A stretch of 64,000 nucleotides of DNA, taken from the sequence record MN453779.2. The stretch is one strand, 5' to 3'. A model generated the notes under the pieces. It was not told the origin of the DNA, made no database searches, and was given only the letters and a program-made list of their open reading frames with translations. The translations under genes were made by a program, and so were the position numbers. Shown here one piece after another: positions 9,400 to 18,031 of the stretch. The stretch's first letter is position 1, and the number at the start of each line of letters is the position of its first letter.

Positions 9400-10725
9400 A
9401 TGAGTGAAAATAATTACGTTTCAGTAGATGCTGAATTAACCGATGTATACAAGCCTCTGACAGATATCTTAGGTTTGCAATACGATGGCGCTATGAGTTA
9501 CGAAGAACGAGTTCAAAAACGTTACAATTACGTTAAAGAGCAATTGGAACTAGATCCTAACTATGAAGGATGGGATTGGGTAGAATACTGCGGTTCTGCT
9601 AACTCCACGGCTAAGGATCATGAATTTAAGCTGACGCGTTCAGTTGTTTCTATGATAAGTACCAAGGGTAAGTTAGCAACTAAATGTTCGGGAAAAGGAA
9701 TGTCGGTTTCCTTAGGATCGATATCTGGTAGATACCTCAGAACAACGTTCCAAAACTTAAACGGGAAATATATTAAGGCTTATATCCATCGGATTATCGG
9801 ATGTACATTTAAACCAATACCGGACAAATATAAGGATAAAGAAATTAGAGATCTCATAGTTAATCACGATGATGGCAACCGAACTAGAAACCTATTATCA
9901 AACGTGTCGTGGATGACACAGCAGGAAAATCTATTACACGCAGTAGAAATAGGTAAGATCCCTTCCGGGTTTGGACACGCTGAATCACTAAAGGCGACGT
10001 TTACTGTTCCCGGTGAACATTACGGAGAAACCTTTTTGCTCAACGGCTATAACCAAGCAAATGAATTCGGGATTTGCTACCATACGGTAAGGTCAGCCGC
10101 ATTGAAAAATAAGAATACACTATTTTGCGACTGGGAGGTAGCAGTATGCGAGGATATAGTAGAAACACCTATTTCTCCGCCAGATTGGTATAGTATCTAT
10201 ATCAAGGAACATCAAGATGAACGCATGAAGAAATATTTGGATAAGGATAAGAATACAGACACTTTCAAAGGTACTGAAGTCTTCACTGGTGTAGAAACAT
10301 TAACAGATATTTTAAACATAGATTATGACGAGACAACCTTAGATGAACGTGCTAAAATAAGAAAGGCGTACATAGATCTTCACCCAAACGTAGTACATTG
10401 GGAGTTTATGGAATACATCCCAGGGAAGGCATATGCTAGAGAAAACACAACTACACCACCTTGGAGAACTGAAAGTGTGGTTATCAGCACGGATGGAGAA
10501 GTAGGTAAAGTAAATTTAAAAGGTGAAGTTTTTACTAGGGGTGGTCCCAGTGGCGGGTATTATAAGTTCGTCCAAAAGTTTGGTGACTATCCCCAGGAAC
10601 ACATAACGATACACAGGGCAATGGCTTCTACGTTTATACCAGTTCCTGACGGATGTAAACTTAAAGCAAAGTTAGCGGATAATGATAATAAAAATTTGAC
10701 TTTAGACAATATTTACTGGGAGTAA
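9400..10725 (+). CDS. Free-standing HNH homing-endonuclease-like protein with a second, degenerate module
   Basis: HRIIGCTF...IVNHDDGNRTRNLLSNVSWMTQQENLLHA is a typical phage HNH motif; the C-terminal repeat (LTDIL...HRAMASTFIP...NLTLDNIYWE) lacks the NHxDG His. Confidence 0.85.
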   Translation: MSENNYVSVDAELTDVYKPLTDILGLQYDGAMSYEERVQKRYNYVKEQLELDPNYEGWDWVEYCGSANSTAKDHEFKLTRSVVSMISTKGKLATKCSGKGMSVSLGSISGRYLRTTFQNLNGKYIKAYIHRIIGCTFKPIPDKYKDKEIRDLIVNHDDGNRTRNLLSNVSWMTQQENLLHAVEIGKIPSGFGHAESLKATFTVPGEHYGETFLLNGYNQANEFGICYHTVRSAALKNKNTLFCDWEVAVCEDIVETPISPPDWYSIYIKEHQDERMKKYLDKDKNTDTFKGTEVFTGVETLTDILNIDYDETTLDERAKIRKAYIDLHPNVVHWEFMEYIPGKAYARENTTTPPWRTESVVISTDGEVGKVNLKGEVFTRGGPSGGYYKFVQKFGDYPQEHITIHRAMASTFIPVPDGCKLKAKLADNDNKNLTLDNIYWE

Positions 10726-10729
10726 ATTT

Positions 10730-10760
10730 AACCACGTGTCTCTAGAAGAGACACGTGGTT
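10730..10760. terminator. Bidirectional hairpin terminator
   Basis: AACCACGTGTCTCT-AGA-AGAGACACGTGGTT between convergent genes. Confidence 0.8.
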
Positions 10761-10764
10761 TTTA

Positions 10765-12069
10765 TTACTTAACTATTTTTGTTATATCAATCTTAACCAT
10801 CTTCAGTTGTGACATGTGGATACTTTTCATGCGGCCTAACATGATGTGGGTGAAGATAAGAACTGTTTCGGCAGAAACACGGTTTTGAATAGCACCAAGT
10901 TTTTCTCCGCAGCAAACCTTACAAAGGTTAAAGTCACCTTGTTCGCAGAACTGTGGAACTCTAAATTGCAGTGGTTTACCTAACAGTGCTTTATCGGCTT
11001 TAGTCAATACCTTTAGACCATCAGCGGTTTTATAATAACCACCTACCCAAGATCCGAAACTAAAATCATTAAGCGTTACTGTTTCCGTTCTCGGGGTTTG
11101 ACAATCTGTATCAATAGCTTCTATACGGTCAGTAAGAAGAATCATTACCTTAACTTCTGCGCCACCTTCACCTGTTGCATTGCCACGGTCATAAGAACCA
11201 GAAATAGCCGTATTTATATAAGCGGGATAGTTATCTTTATCCCAACCTTCATTCAACGAGTTACGAAGTAGCTGATACTTCCCGGTGTTGAAATCAGGAA
11301 CCATATCAAAAACAACAAACATTTTCTTACGGGCGTTATCAATGAACTTCTTATCAATGAAGAAGTCTTTAGATGGACCGTTGTATTGAATAGAAGCATC
11401 AAGCGCTACAACTTCATCAATGACTTTAGCTACAGCTGCTGCATCATTGAGCTTATTCTCTTTCTCTAGTTCATTAAGTAACTTGTCTCGAAGCTTGATT
11501 ACATCAGGATGTACTGTAAGAACATCTAGGGAAGATGCTTTAACAAATACATCATTAAGACCTTCTAAGTAATCAAGGTTCTTGGTGATGTTAAGACATT
11601 GTGTTACAGAAGCTTTATCAGAGGGAATAGTTTCACCTTCTTTAGGATCATCTACCATGATAGAGTCAATTAGACCACGTACTGTACCAGAGGTAATTGG
11701 TCCATTGATATAGCTTGCTGCATGTCCAACTGATTCGAAGAAAACTACTAAGTTGACTAATAACAATCCTACTGTAGTTTCAATCTTCTCTTTAATGAAT
11801 TCATGAACTGACATATCGACAGTGATTTTGTCGTTCTTATTAAATAGCGCTTTATCGTACTCTGCGTGTTCTATAACAACTTTCTTACCTTCTTTAAGGA
11901 AATATACTTCCTTGGTGTCAGGATCGCGTAGAAGCGCATAAGGGACTGTTTTGAGCTTGTTATTGTTAGCTACAGAAGGAGTTACAATAGAGAATACTGA
12001 AAGTAGAAATGATTTACGATTGTAAGCTCTATTATTAATTGCTTCAAAGAGATAATCAAACTTGTTCAT
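10765..12069 (-). CDS. Virion RNA polymerase beta' subunit (phiKZ gp80-like)
   Basis: Bridge-helix-like SGSYDRGNATGEGGAEVK; Zn-site DCQTP...FCEQGDFNLCKVCCG; terminal MLGRMKSIH; 434 aa. Confidence 0.8.
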   Translation of the reverse strand: MNKFDYLFEAINNRAYNRKSFLLSVFSIVTPSVANNNKLKTVPYALLRDPDTKEVYFLKEGKKVVIEHAEYDKALFNKNDKITVDMSVHEFIKEKIETTVGLLLVNLVVFFESVGHAASYINGPITSGTVRGLIDSIMVDDPKEGETIPSDKASVTQCLNITKNLDYLEGLNDVFVKASSLDVLTVHPDVIKLRDKLLNELEKENKLNDAAAVAKVIDEVVALDASIQYNGPSKDFFIDKKFIDNARKKMFVVFDMVPDFNTGKYQLLRNSLNEGWDKDNYPAYINTAISGSYDRGNATGEGGAEVKVMILLTDRIEAIDTDCQTPRTETVTLNDFSFGSWVGGYYKTADGLKVLTKADKALLGKPLQFRVPQFCEQGDFNLCKVCCGEKLGAIQNRVSAETVLIFTHIMLGRMKSIHMSQLKMVKIDITKIVK

Positions 12070-12940
12070 CTAGTTTAACCTTTTCCAATAGAGTTTGTGC
12101 TTTGTAAATCTCATCTATGTTTTCTCCCACTTCCTCTAACAAAGCGTAATACTGGGATTTGATTTGACCGTCAGTAAGATCAGAGATAAGCATCAGAGAA
12201 AGAACTTGCTTAAAGTAATCTAGTTTGTTCTCGGTAAGTTTAATGCCAAGATCAGAAACAAACAAGGTCATTAATACTTCTAGGGAGAGTGTAGAAGCAC
12301 CACCTTTCGTAATATGTTCCCAAGCTAAGGTTTCTTTAAGAAACTCTTTATTGGCTTGTACACGACGTTTAATGGTAGGTTCCATATATTCAGTGTCATC
12401 ATTATCTAGGATATTCAAACCAATAAGAATACCTTTGGTAACGTTAGGAGAAACTTCCTTAATCATATAAGGGAAGTTTTCTAAATCGTAATTTGGTTCA
12501 ACACGTTCAATGACACGAATGAAGCGTTCCTTAGTATCGATCAATTCGTCATCAAGAATCTCTACCAATTGCATGAGATCGTCCATTCCATCTAATGTGT
12601 AAATGGTATCTAGAATGTGGACGAGATCTTTCAAGCTATCAGGTGAAATATAATCGTAATCGATGATAATTCCCATCATCTGTAAACAATCTACTATGCT
12701 GTCGATCAGAAGTTTTCTGATATGCATAATAGTGTCGGATGTTTCAAGGGATTCATCAATTAAGATATTGGTAATCTGAATGTCGTTTCCATTCTCAGGA
12801 AGTGAGATAGAAATTAAGTTATACGCATCCTTGAATAATATAGCTGCTTCAGGCATTAACCTTGCAGCAAAATCCTGCCACATATCACCTAAATTTTCTA
12901 CAGCAAGATTTCTGTCTCCAAGATCAATTATCTCAGACAT
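12056..12940 (-). CDS. Conserved-type hypothetical or virion protein, 294 aa
   Basis: Acidic ORF coupled to the vRNAP gene (overlapping stop/start). Confidence 0.7.
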   Translation of the reverse strand: MSEIIDLGDRNLAVENLGDMWQDFAARLMPEAAILFKDAYNLISISLPENGNDIQITNILIDESLETSDTIMHIRKLLIDSIVDCLQMMGIIIDYDYISPDSLKDLVHILDTIYTLDGMDDLMQLVEILDDELIDTKERFIRVIERVEPNYDLENFPYMIKEVSPNVTKGILIGLNILDNDDTEYMEPTIKRRVQANKEFLKETLAWEHITKGGASTLSLEVLMTLFVSDLGIKLTENKLDYFKQVLSLMLISDLTDGQIKSQYYALLEEVGENIDEIYKAQTLLEKVKLDEQV

Positions 12941-12973
12941 AAGTCATGTTCCCATTCTGTTATTAAAGGAGTT

Positions 12974-12981
12974 CATAACAT
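12974..12981 (-). promoter_or_regulatory. Putative late promoter core ATGTTATG
   Basis: CATAACAT on + (ATGTTATG on -), 34 nt upstream of the 12940 start; phiKZ late promoters carry a TATG core. Confidence 0.45.
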
Positions 12982-13672
12982 GAACAAAAAGGCCCAGCAA
13001 AACGCAGCAGCAAAACGTGCCCGTCGTAACACTGCAAGTAAGCAAAAACGAGCTGATCGTAATGCCAAAGGGATTAAGGTATTGCCAGGTCGTAGACCCA
13101 CACATGGCAACGAGGCACTGACTGCATTGGCACAGGCTCTATCTCGTTCTAATCTCGATGACCCCCTCCAGTACATCCTTGATGGCGGGAAAGGTGAAGG
13201 TGAATTCAATCCAGAATCATTGATCAAAACCTCACGTAAAGCTGTAGGTGAAGTTTACAAACTGTTTAGTTATGTGGCATTGGCCGAACGTTTGGTACAA
13301 CAGAAAGCTTTTACGCATGACTTTGCTTGCGATCTTGATCGTGTTACCAATGAACTGATTGAGATTGATCGTCAAGTTATTCGTTTGCCTAAACTCGCAG
13401 AGATAGATCTGGAATCTTTCACTATCGATATGCTAGATATTGGTGGCTATGTAGAGAACTTGGCGGATCAGCTTTACTCTGAAATTGAAGCGCTCGAGAA
13501 ACACAGTTTTGTTATTGAAGACCGCCTCAATAAATCAGCTCATGACTTCCAAGTCTCCCACCCAGAAGTTACCGAGCAAGATGCTCGCTTGGTAATCATG
13601 GAAACCATTTCTCAGGAACGTATTAATAAGTTCCGTCAACTGCAACAACAAGCCGAAACTGCTGAGGTTTAA
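12980..13672 (+). CDS. Hypothetical protein with a basic N-terminus, 230 aa
   Basis: AAAGGAG RBS; K/R-rich first 35 aa, acidic helical remainder. Confidence 0.8.
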   Translation: MNKKAQQNAAAKRARRNTASKQKRADRNAKGIKVLPGRRPTHGNEALTALAQALSRSNLDDPLQYILDGGKGEGEFNPESLIKTSRKAVGEVYKLFSYVALAERLVQQKAFTHDFACDLDRVTNELIEIDRQVIRLPKLAEIDLESFTIDMLDIGGYVENLADQLYSEIEALEKHSFVIEDRLNKSAHDFQVSHPEVTEQDARLVIMETISQERINKFRQLQQQAETAEV

Positions 13673-13674
13673 TA

Positions 13675-15309
13675 ATGTCTGAAGAAATTCAAACTCAAGA
13701 ATCCACTAAACCTATTAAACGGATTAAGCCTGTCGAATATCTGCGAGAAGCTATCATCCAGGGTAAAGAAGCTAACCAAGCTTATTCTCTTCCTTTGTTC
13801 CTCGGTAGCTTGACTTCTCAACACGAGGCTATCCTCACTACCGCTACCGTGTACGCGCAACTTAAACAGGTTGATGATGATATTAACAGTGGGAATAGTA
13901 ATATCTCTGAAAGTGTTCGTAACTCATTGCGGGTTAAATTTGAAGAACTGCAAGAGAAACATTTCCCAGAAGTGGATCAAGATGAGCTCGGGGTAATGTT
14001 GATCAACTACTTCCAGTTCTATCAACGTGGATTGGATCGTGTACTTGCTCGAGAAGATAATCAAGAGTTCATTGATCCGTCAGTTCTGATGAATACGTTC
14101 CCATTCCGTAATGAACGTATTGGGATCATCAATCCGATCAAACCACAAGTAAAAGCTAAAGACTCTGTACGTGACCGTATGCGTCGTAGTAAGCTTAAAC
14201 TTGCCAATGAACCTGATACCTTCTCATTGATGTTGGTTAACTCTCGTGTCTTCTTGAAGATGAAAGTTCCTACTCCCCTGGATATGGTTCTGCTCATTAA
14301 CAAGATTACTATGGAACTTAAGGGTTATGGTGAGCGTTATCGAGTCTCCTCCATGCATCTGGAGCGAGCACTGATTACTCGTATCCTTGTGACCTTCATG
14401 TTGGAACGCACCACCTATTGGTCTGTTGCGGATATTCTTGATGCAGAAGAACTGTTCAACATCATCAAGTTCGAAGACGTTGGTATTATTGCGACTACTC
14501 TTCTTGCTAACGCTGCTCCTAAGGGTGTGAGTTACACCATCTCCTGTTTGGCTGATAAATGTGACTATAACGAGACTAATCTGATTGATCCTGCTAACCT
14601 TGTGGTTTATGACGATATTCGTCTACCGCAAGTTTATAAAGATCAAATTAGTGCAATCTTGAATACTGGTAAGAAGTTTACCATTGAAGAACTCAAAGCT
14701 TCAGATGTTCCCTACACTGACTTTGAAGGCAATCCAATCGATACTGTTGTTAAACACGACAACGGCGCTGGCGAAGTCCATATTAAGTCACCTTATCTGG
14801 CTGATTACTTTACCTGCTTTGATAACATGGCCGAACAGATTAACCCAGAGCTTCGTGAACTTGCTGTACAGTTCCCTAATCAGAAAGTGTACGCAACTAA
14901 ACGTGCTGAAGTAATGGGTTCTATCCGAATGGCTGAATATCTTCAGTGGTTTGATAAAACAGTTACTTTGCCAGAACCTGGCGAAGATGGGGAACCTGAG
15001 GTAATTAGTCGCCAGGAAGATCCTAAAGGGTTTGACCAAGGTCTGCTTGATATGTTCAATAGCGACGATAACTTGTTGCGTGATGCACTGGATAAAGTCA
15101 TTAAGAGTGTACCCAAGTTGACTTATGTTTACATTGGGATTCCTGATGATCACTGTCCTAAGTGTAAAACTCGTGCTAATGATGTAATCAAGGAGATTAA
15201 TGGAGGTTTCACTCCTATTGATCCAATTCTGAATTTTTTCGACCATACCCGGATGTTGATAGCGATGCGACGAGATCTCGTGACTTTACAAGAGGAAATT
15301 CTTTCCTAA
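13675..15309 (+). CDS. Putative tail/baseplate assembly chaperone (G-like or T4 gp26-like), 544 aa
   Basis: The ORF is certain; function is inferred from Cys motifs (CLADKC, CPKC) and the slippery heptamer near its 3' end. Confidence 0.5.
   Translation: MSEEIQTQESTKPIKRIKPVEYLREAIIQGKEANQAYSLPLFLGSLTSQHEAILTTATVYAQLKQVDDDINSGNSNISESVRNSLRVKFEELQEKHFPEVDQDELGVMLINYFQFYQRGLDRVLAREDNQEFIDPSVLMNTFPFRNERIGIINPIKPQVKAKDSVRDRMRRSKLKLANEPDTFSLMLVNSRVFLKMKVPTPLDMVLLINKITMELKGYGERYRVSSMHLERALITRILVTFMLERTTYWSVADILDAEELFNIIKFEDVGIIATTLLANAAPKGVSYTISCLADKCDYNETNLIDPANLVVYDDIRLPQVYKDQISAILNTGKKFTIEELKASDVPYTDFEGNPIDTVVKHDNGAGEVHIKSPYLADYFTCFDNMAEQINPELRELAVQFPNQKVYATKRAEVMGSIRMAEYLQWFDKTVTLPEPGEDGEPEVISRQEDPKGFDQGLLDMFNSDDNLLRDALDKVIKSVPKLTYVYIGIPDDHCPKCKTRANDVIKEINGGFTPIDPILNFFDHTRMLIAMRRDLVTLQEEILS
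15234..15240 (+). other. Candidate -1 ribosomal frameshift site T TTT TTC
   Basis: X XXY YYZ heptamer in frame (AAT TTT TTC); the -1 frame is open from 15222 into the downstream ORF. Confidence 0.65.
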
Positions 15310-15386
15310 GTAGCGATCAGTCCGGTCAGCTCCAACCAAGGTTCAAAGAGCAGAGTGATAAACTGCTCTTTGAAACCTACACCAAC

Positions 15387-15746
15387 ATGCCACAAAGTAA
15401 ATTAGAGTTGTTGATCACAGAGCGTAGAGCTTACATGATGAAGTTTGGTTGGGTTGCTGATAGAGAACCCTTAAGTAACACAATCAAATATAATCGGGCA
15501 CGCAGAGACTCTAGTCATCAATTCAGTGCGACAGCAGTTGGAGAGATGTTCGGGTTTAGAGAATATGGCGAAATCTTACCGCTTAAAGATTTTTTGACTC
15601 TTCCGTGTAATGTATTAGAAGATATCATCGATTCTGTGGCCGTTGGTAAACGCAAAGCAAAAGAAGTCGCCGACCGTATGACCAAGAAAAACAAAGCCAT
15701 TCCAGAGGCGGAACAACTTCTAAAACAACTTGAGAATAAGGATTAA
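15387..15746 (+). CDS. T-like (gp51-like) chaperone domain, probably translated as a frameshift fusion
   Basis: No SD before ATG 15387; frame open for 55 codons upstream with no ATG/GTG/TTG; motif LPLKDFLTLPCNVLEDII. Confidence 0.55.
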   Translation: MPQSKLELLITERRAYMMKFGWVADREPLSNTIKYNRARRDSSHQFSATAVGEMFGFREYGEILPLKDFLTLPCNVLEDIIDSVAVGKRKAKEVADRMTKKNKAIPEAEQLLKQLENKD

Positions 15747-15748
15747 CG

Positions 15749-16297
15749 ATGTCTAAAGCACACGTCCCACCTGTAGTGGAACAAAACAAAACTGCCGTAG
15801 CGCAGCAACAAGCTGCCGTCGAGAAAATGGATACAAGTGTTATGGTCCCTACTGAGAAGGTACCTACTACACCCGCTACCATTTACCAAAATGGGATCGA
15901 TAACTTTGTAAAGTTTATCAAGGGTGAATTTAAATCCGCTAGTTTGCAAGAACGTAGCAACTATCAATGCGAGTTTATGGGTACGATCGTCCAGATGCTC
16001 TCTATTGACTCTGAGGAAGTAACCAAGGTACTTAACCACTTTATCGGCGTAATTCTTGCCAACCCTGTACAATTTAGTCAAAGTGAAATCTTTGCTCCAC
16101 TGTACGTAGTTGAGAAAGAGAAAATGAAATCTGCTGACGAAATCCTTCGTTATAAGCAGTTCATGACCTTCATGGTGAGCTTGGCTAAGAACGCTCAGAA
16201 CCGTCAACGTTTTGTAGCTAATGTCGATATGCGTAAACTGTTGAGTTACTTCCCTAAGAAAGCAGCTGACAATTTGCAAGAGTACTGTTTCCGTTAA
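15749..16297 (+). CDS. Hypothetical protein, 182 aa
   Basis: AAGGA RBS, tightly packed, ends before a terminator. Confidence 0.8.
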   Translation: MSKAHVPPVVEQNKTAVAQQQAAVEKMDTSVMVPTEKVPTTPATIYQNGIDNFVKFIKGEFKSASLQERSNYQCEFMGTIVQMLSIDSEEVTKVLNHFIGVILANPVQFSQSEIFAPLYVVEKEKMKSADEILRYKQFMTFMVSLAKNAQNRQRFVANVDMRKLLSYFPKKAADNLQEYCFR

Positions 16298-16298
16298 T

Positions 16299-16343
16299 AC
16301 ATAAATAACCTACCTAACCGTAATTGGTTAGGTAGGTTTATGT
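16299..16343. terminator. Bidirectional hairpin terminator with ACATAAA/TTTATGT flanks
   Basis: AACCTACCTAACC-GTAATT-GGTTAGGTAGGTT between convergent genes. Confidence 0.8.
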
Positions 16344-16346
16344 TTG

Positions 16347-17270
16347 TTATTTGGAGATCAACTCACGAACCCCTTCCATTACTTGGTTGATTTTAATAAT
16401 TTTGGCATCACAATAATTAATTAAACTTGTTAGGTTATTAGATACAGCAACCAATTTCTTACATAAAGATTTAACCTTATCAGAATGAAGATTAGACTCT
16501 ATATCGGAACTATTTTCTTGCCTTTTAGCTAGTTCATTATTGTGTTCAAGATCTTTAGTAACTTCGGCCAGGGTCTCGGTAACTATCGCTCTCATCTTAC
16601 TAAATAATTTTTGTAATTCAACGAGTGGGGGAGTTGCTTCAAAAATGCTAACTCGTTCGTTATTTTCGTTATAAAAGTATTTAGTTGCATGTTTTTCAGT
16701 TATTACGCCAATGCGACTATTTATCTCTTCCAATTGTGCCGCTTTAGATCTTAGATCTGATATGGAGATCCCTGGTATTTCCTTTAACCTAGATCCTACA
16801 ATCCCTGTAGTAAACATATCTTCACTGTATTTGCGTGTAAAGGTCTCGCATTTGTCAGTTTCTAACTTAATTTTTTCATTATCCATTAATCTTTCAATGC
16901 GACTCCTTTCCAATCGATAAGGATCAAAATCCTTATCATTCCGTTTACCCATAATTTCCTTGCTGACTTTCTCAGTATTTTTTACAGCGTCATCAATCAC
17001 TTTAGCTTGTTTAGAGCCTTTACTACCAAAGAAGAAATCACGTATTGCTTTAATAAAGTTTTTAATCATTTCATAAACTTTAGTAGCGCCAGCTTTAACA
17101 GAAGACATGAACCCTTCTGTTCCAGATCGGTGTTTAAAATCAACACCGTTGAGTTTAAGAACTGTTTTAGCATAAACTGAATCTGGTGATTCTAGATCAC
17201 CATTAGACAGGGATTCAAAACCATTCAAAGTACTTAATACATGTTCTAAATTATCAATATTAACATTCAT
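16347..17270 (-). CDS. Putative head (ejection-type) protein, paralog of 40690..41583
   Basis: Shares YA.TVLKL.G, a GxE cleavage motif (GTEGF) and IKAIRDFFFG with 40690..41583. Confidence 0.65.
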   Translation of the reverse strand: MNVNIDNLEHVLSTLNGFESLSNGDLESPDSVYAKTVLKLNGVDFKHRSGTEGFMSSVKAGATKVYEMIKNFIKAIRDFFFGSKGSKQAKVIDDAVKNTEKVSKEIMGKRNDKDFDPYRLERSRIERLMDNEKIKLETDKCETFTRKYSEDMFTTGIVGSRLKEIPGISISDLRSKAAQLEEINSRIGVITEKHATKYFYNENNERVSIFEATPPLVELQKLFSKMRAIVTETLAEVTKDLEHNNELAKRQENSSDIESNLHSDKVKSLCKKLVAVSNNLTSLINYCDAKIIKINQVMEGVRELISK

Positions 17271-17302
17271 TTACTTTATTTCCATTTAGTTAATTACAAA
17301 GC

Positions 17303-17354
17303 ATTTAAGATCCATAAAATTTCGGACCTATATTACTAGAGTGTATAAACATGA
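17303..17354 (+). promoter_or_regulatory. 52-bp repeat copy A, containing early promoter motif copy 3 (17312-17345)
   Basis: ATTTAAGATCCATA, 10 variable nt, then CCTATATTACTAGAGTGTATAAACATGA; identical blocks recur at 57926-57977. Confidence 0.85.
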
Positions 17355-17431
17355 ATGATTTATCATTCACTTGTTTAAGATAAGAGATTCTTTAATCTCT
17401 TCAACCTTTAAGTATAGAGAAGGAATGTATC

Positions 17432-17860
17432 ATGAATGAACAATATCTGACAGAGAAGCAACTGACTGATGTGTTGATCAACAACGTCGTGGAAACCCAA
17501 ACTCTGGCGCACCAAGGAATCAATCTCAACTTCAATAGTTGGGATGAGATTGTAGAGGTCTCTAAAGAAACAGCCTGCCTTGGTAAGTATACCAATCTGG
17601 CCGGCGCCCTGGCGGGTGTCGCTGCTTCTGTAGCTATCGAGCTCACTCGTGAAGGCGGTAGCGTCGCTACCGCTAGTGTAGCAGCTGGCGTTGGGGGTGG
17701 ATTGATTTTCGCTAACCGTGAAGGCATCATGGGGTTCCAAAATGGTGCCCTTTCCGTGGTTGGTGGGCTCGGTCTGCTGGGTTTGACCCAAGTAGCAGCC
17801 CGTATCGTGGGAGCCGTAGCTCCCAATAAAGTTGAAGAAGCGCAAGAGTACGTCGGTTAA
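17432..17860 (+). CDS. Small Gly/Ala-rich hydrophobic protein, probably membrane-associated, 142 aa
   Basis: AAGGAAT RBS; hydrophobic segments LAGALAGVAASVAI, VAAGVGGGLIFA, LSVVGGLGLLGLTQVAA; codon usage like that of the capsid gene. Confidence 0.75.
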   Translation: MNEQYLTEKQLTDVLINNVVETQTLAHQGINLNFNSWDEIVEVSKETACLGKYTNLAGALAGVAASVAIELTREGGSVATASVAAGVGGGLIFANREGIMGFQNGALSVVGGLGLLGLTQVAARIVGAVAPNKVEEAQEYVG

Positions 17861-17906
17861 TATGACTTGTTGGTGATGCTTGCATCGCCTTTCATGTGAT
17901 ATCTAA

Positions 17907-17938
17907 AGTTACCTACTCCCAACTGGGAGTAGGTAACT
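17907..17938 (+). terminator. Hairpin terminator
   Basis: AGTTACCTACTCCC-AACT-GGGAGTAGGTAACT. Confidence 0.8.
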
Positions 17939-17962
17939 AATACTATTTTATTTTTACTCTTT

Positions 17963-17996
17963 CTATAATTTCTTAAACTGATATTATTAGACTGTA
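17963..17996 (+). promoter_or_regulatory. Putative early promoter, 34-bp motif copy 4
   Basis: CTATAATTTCTTAAACTGATATTATTAGACTGTA upstream of the accessory gene cluster. Confidence 0.7.
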
Positions 17997-18031
17997 GTAA
18001 ACAATCTATGTATTTCGAAGGAGTATAGAAA

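Noticed and set aside
17401-17845. Two antisense ORFs over the 142-aa gene
   Set aside because: Shadows of a GC-richer, biased gene; the promoter, RBS and terminator all support the + strand.
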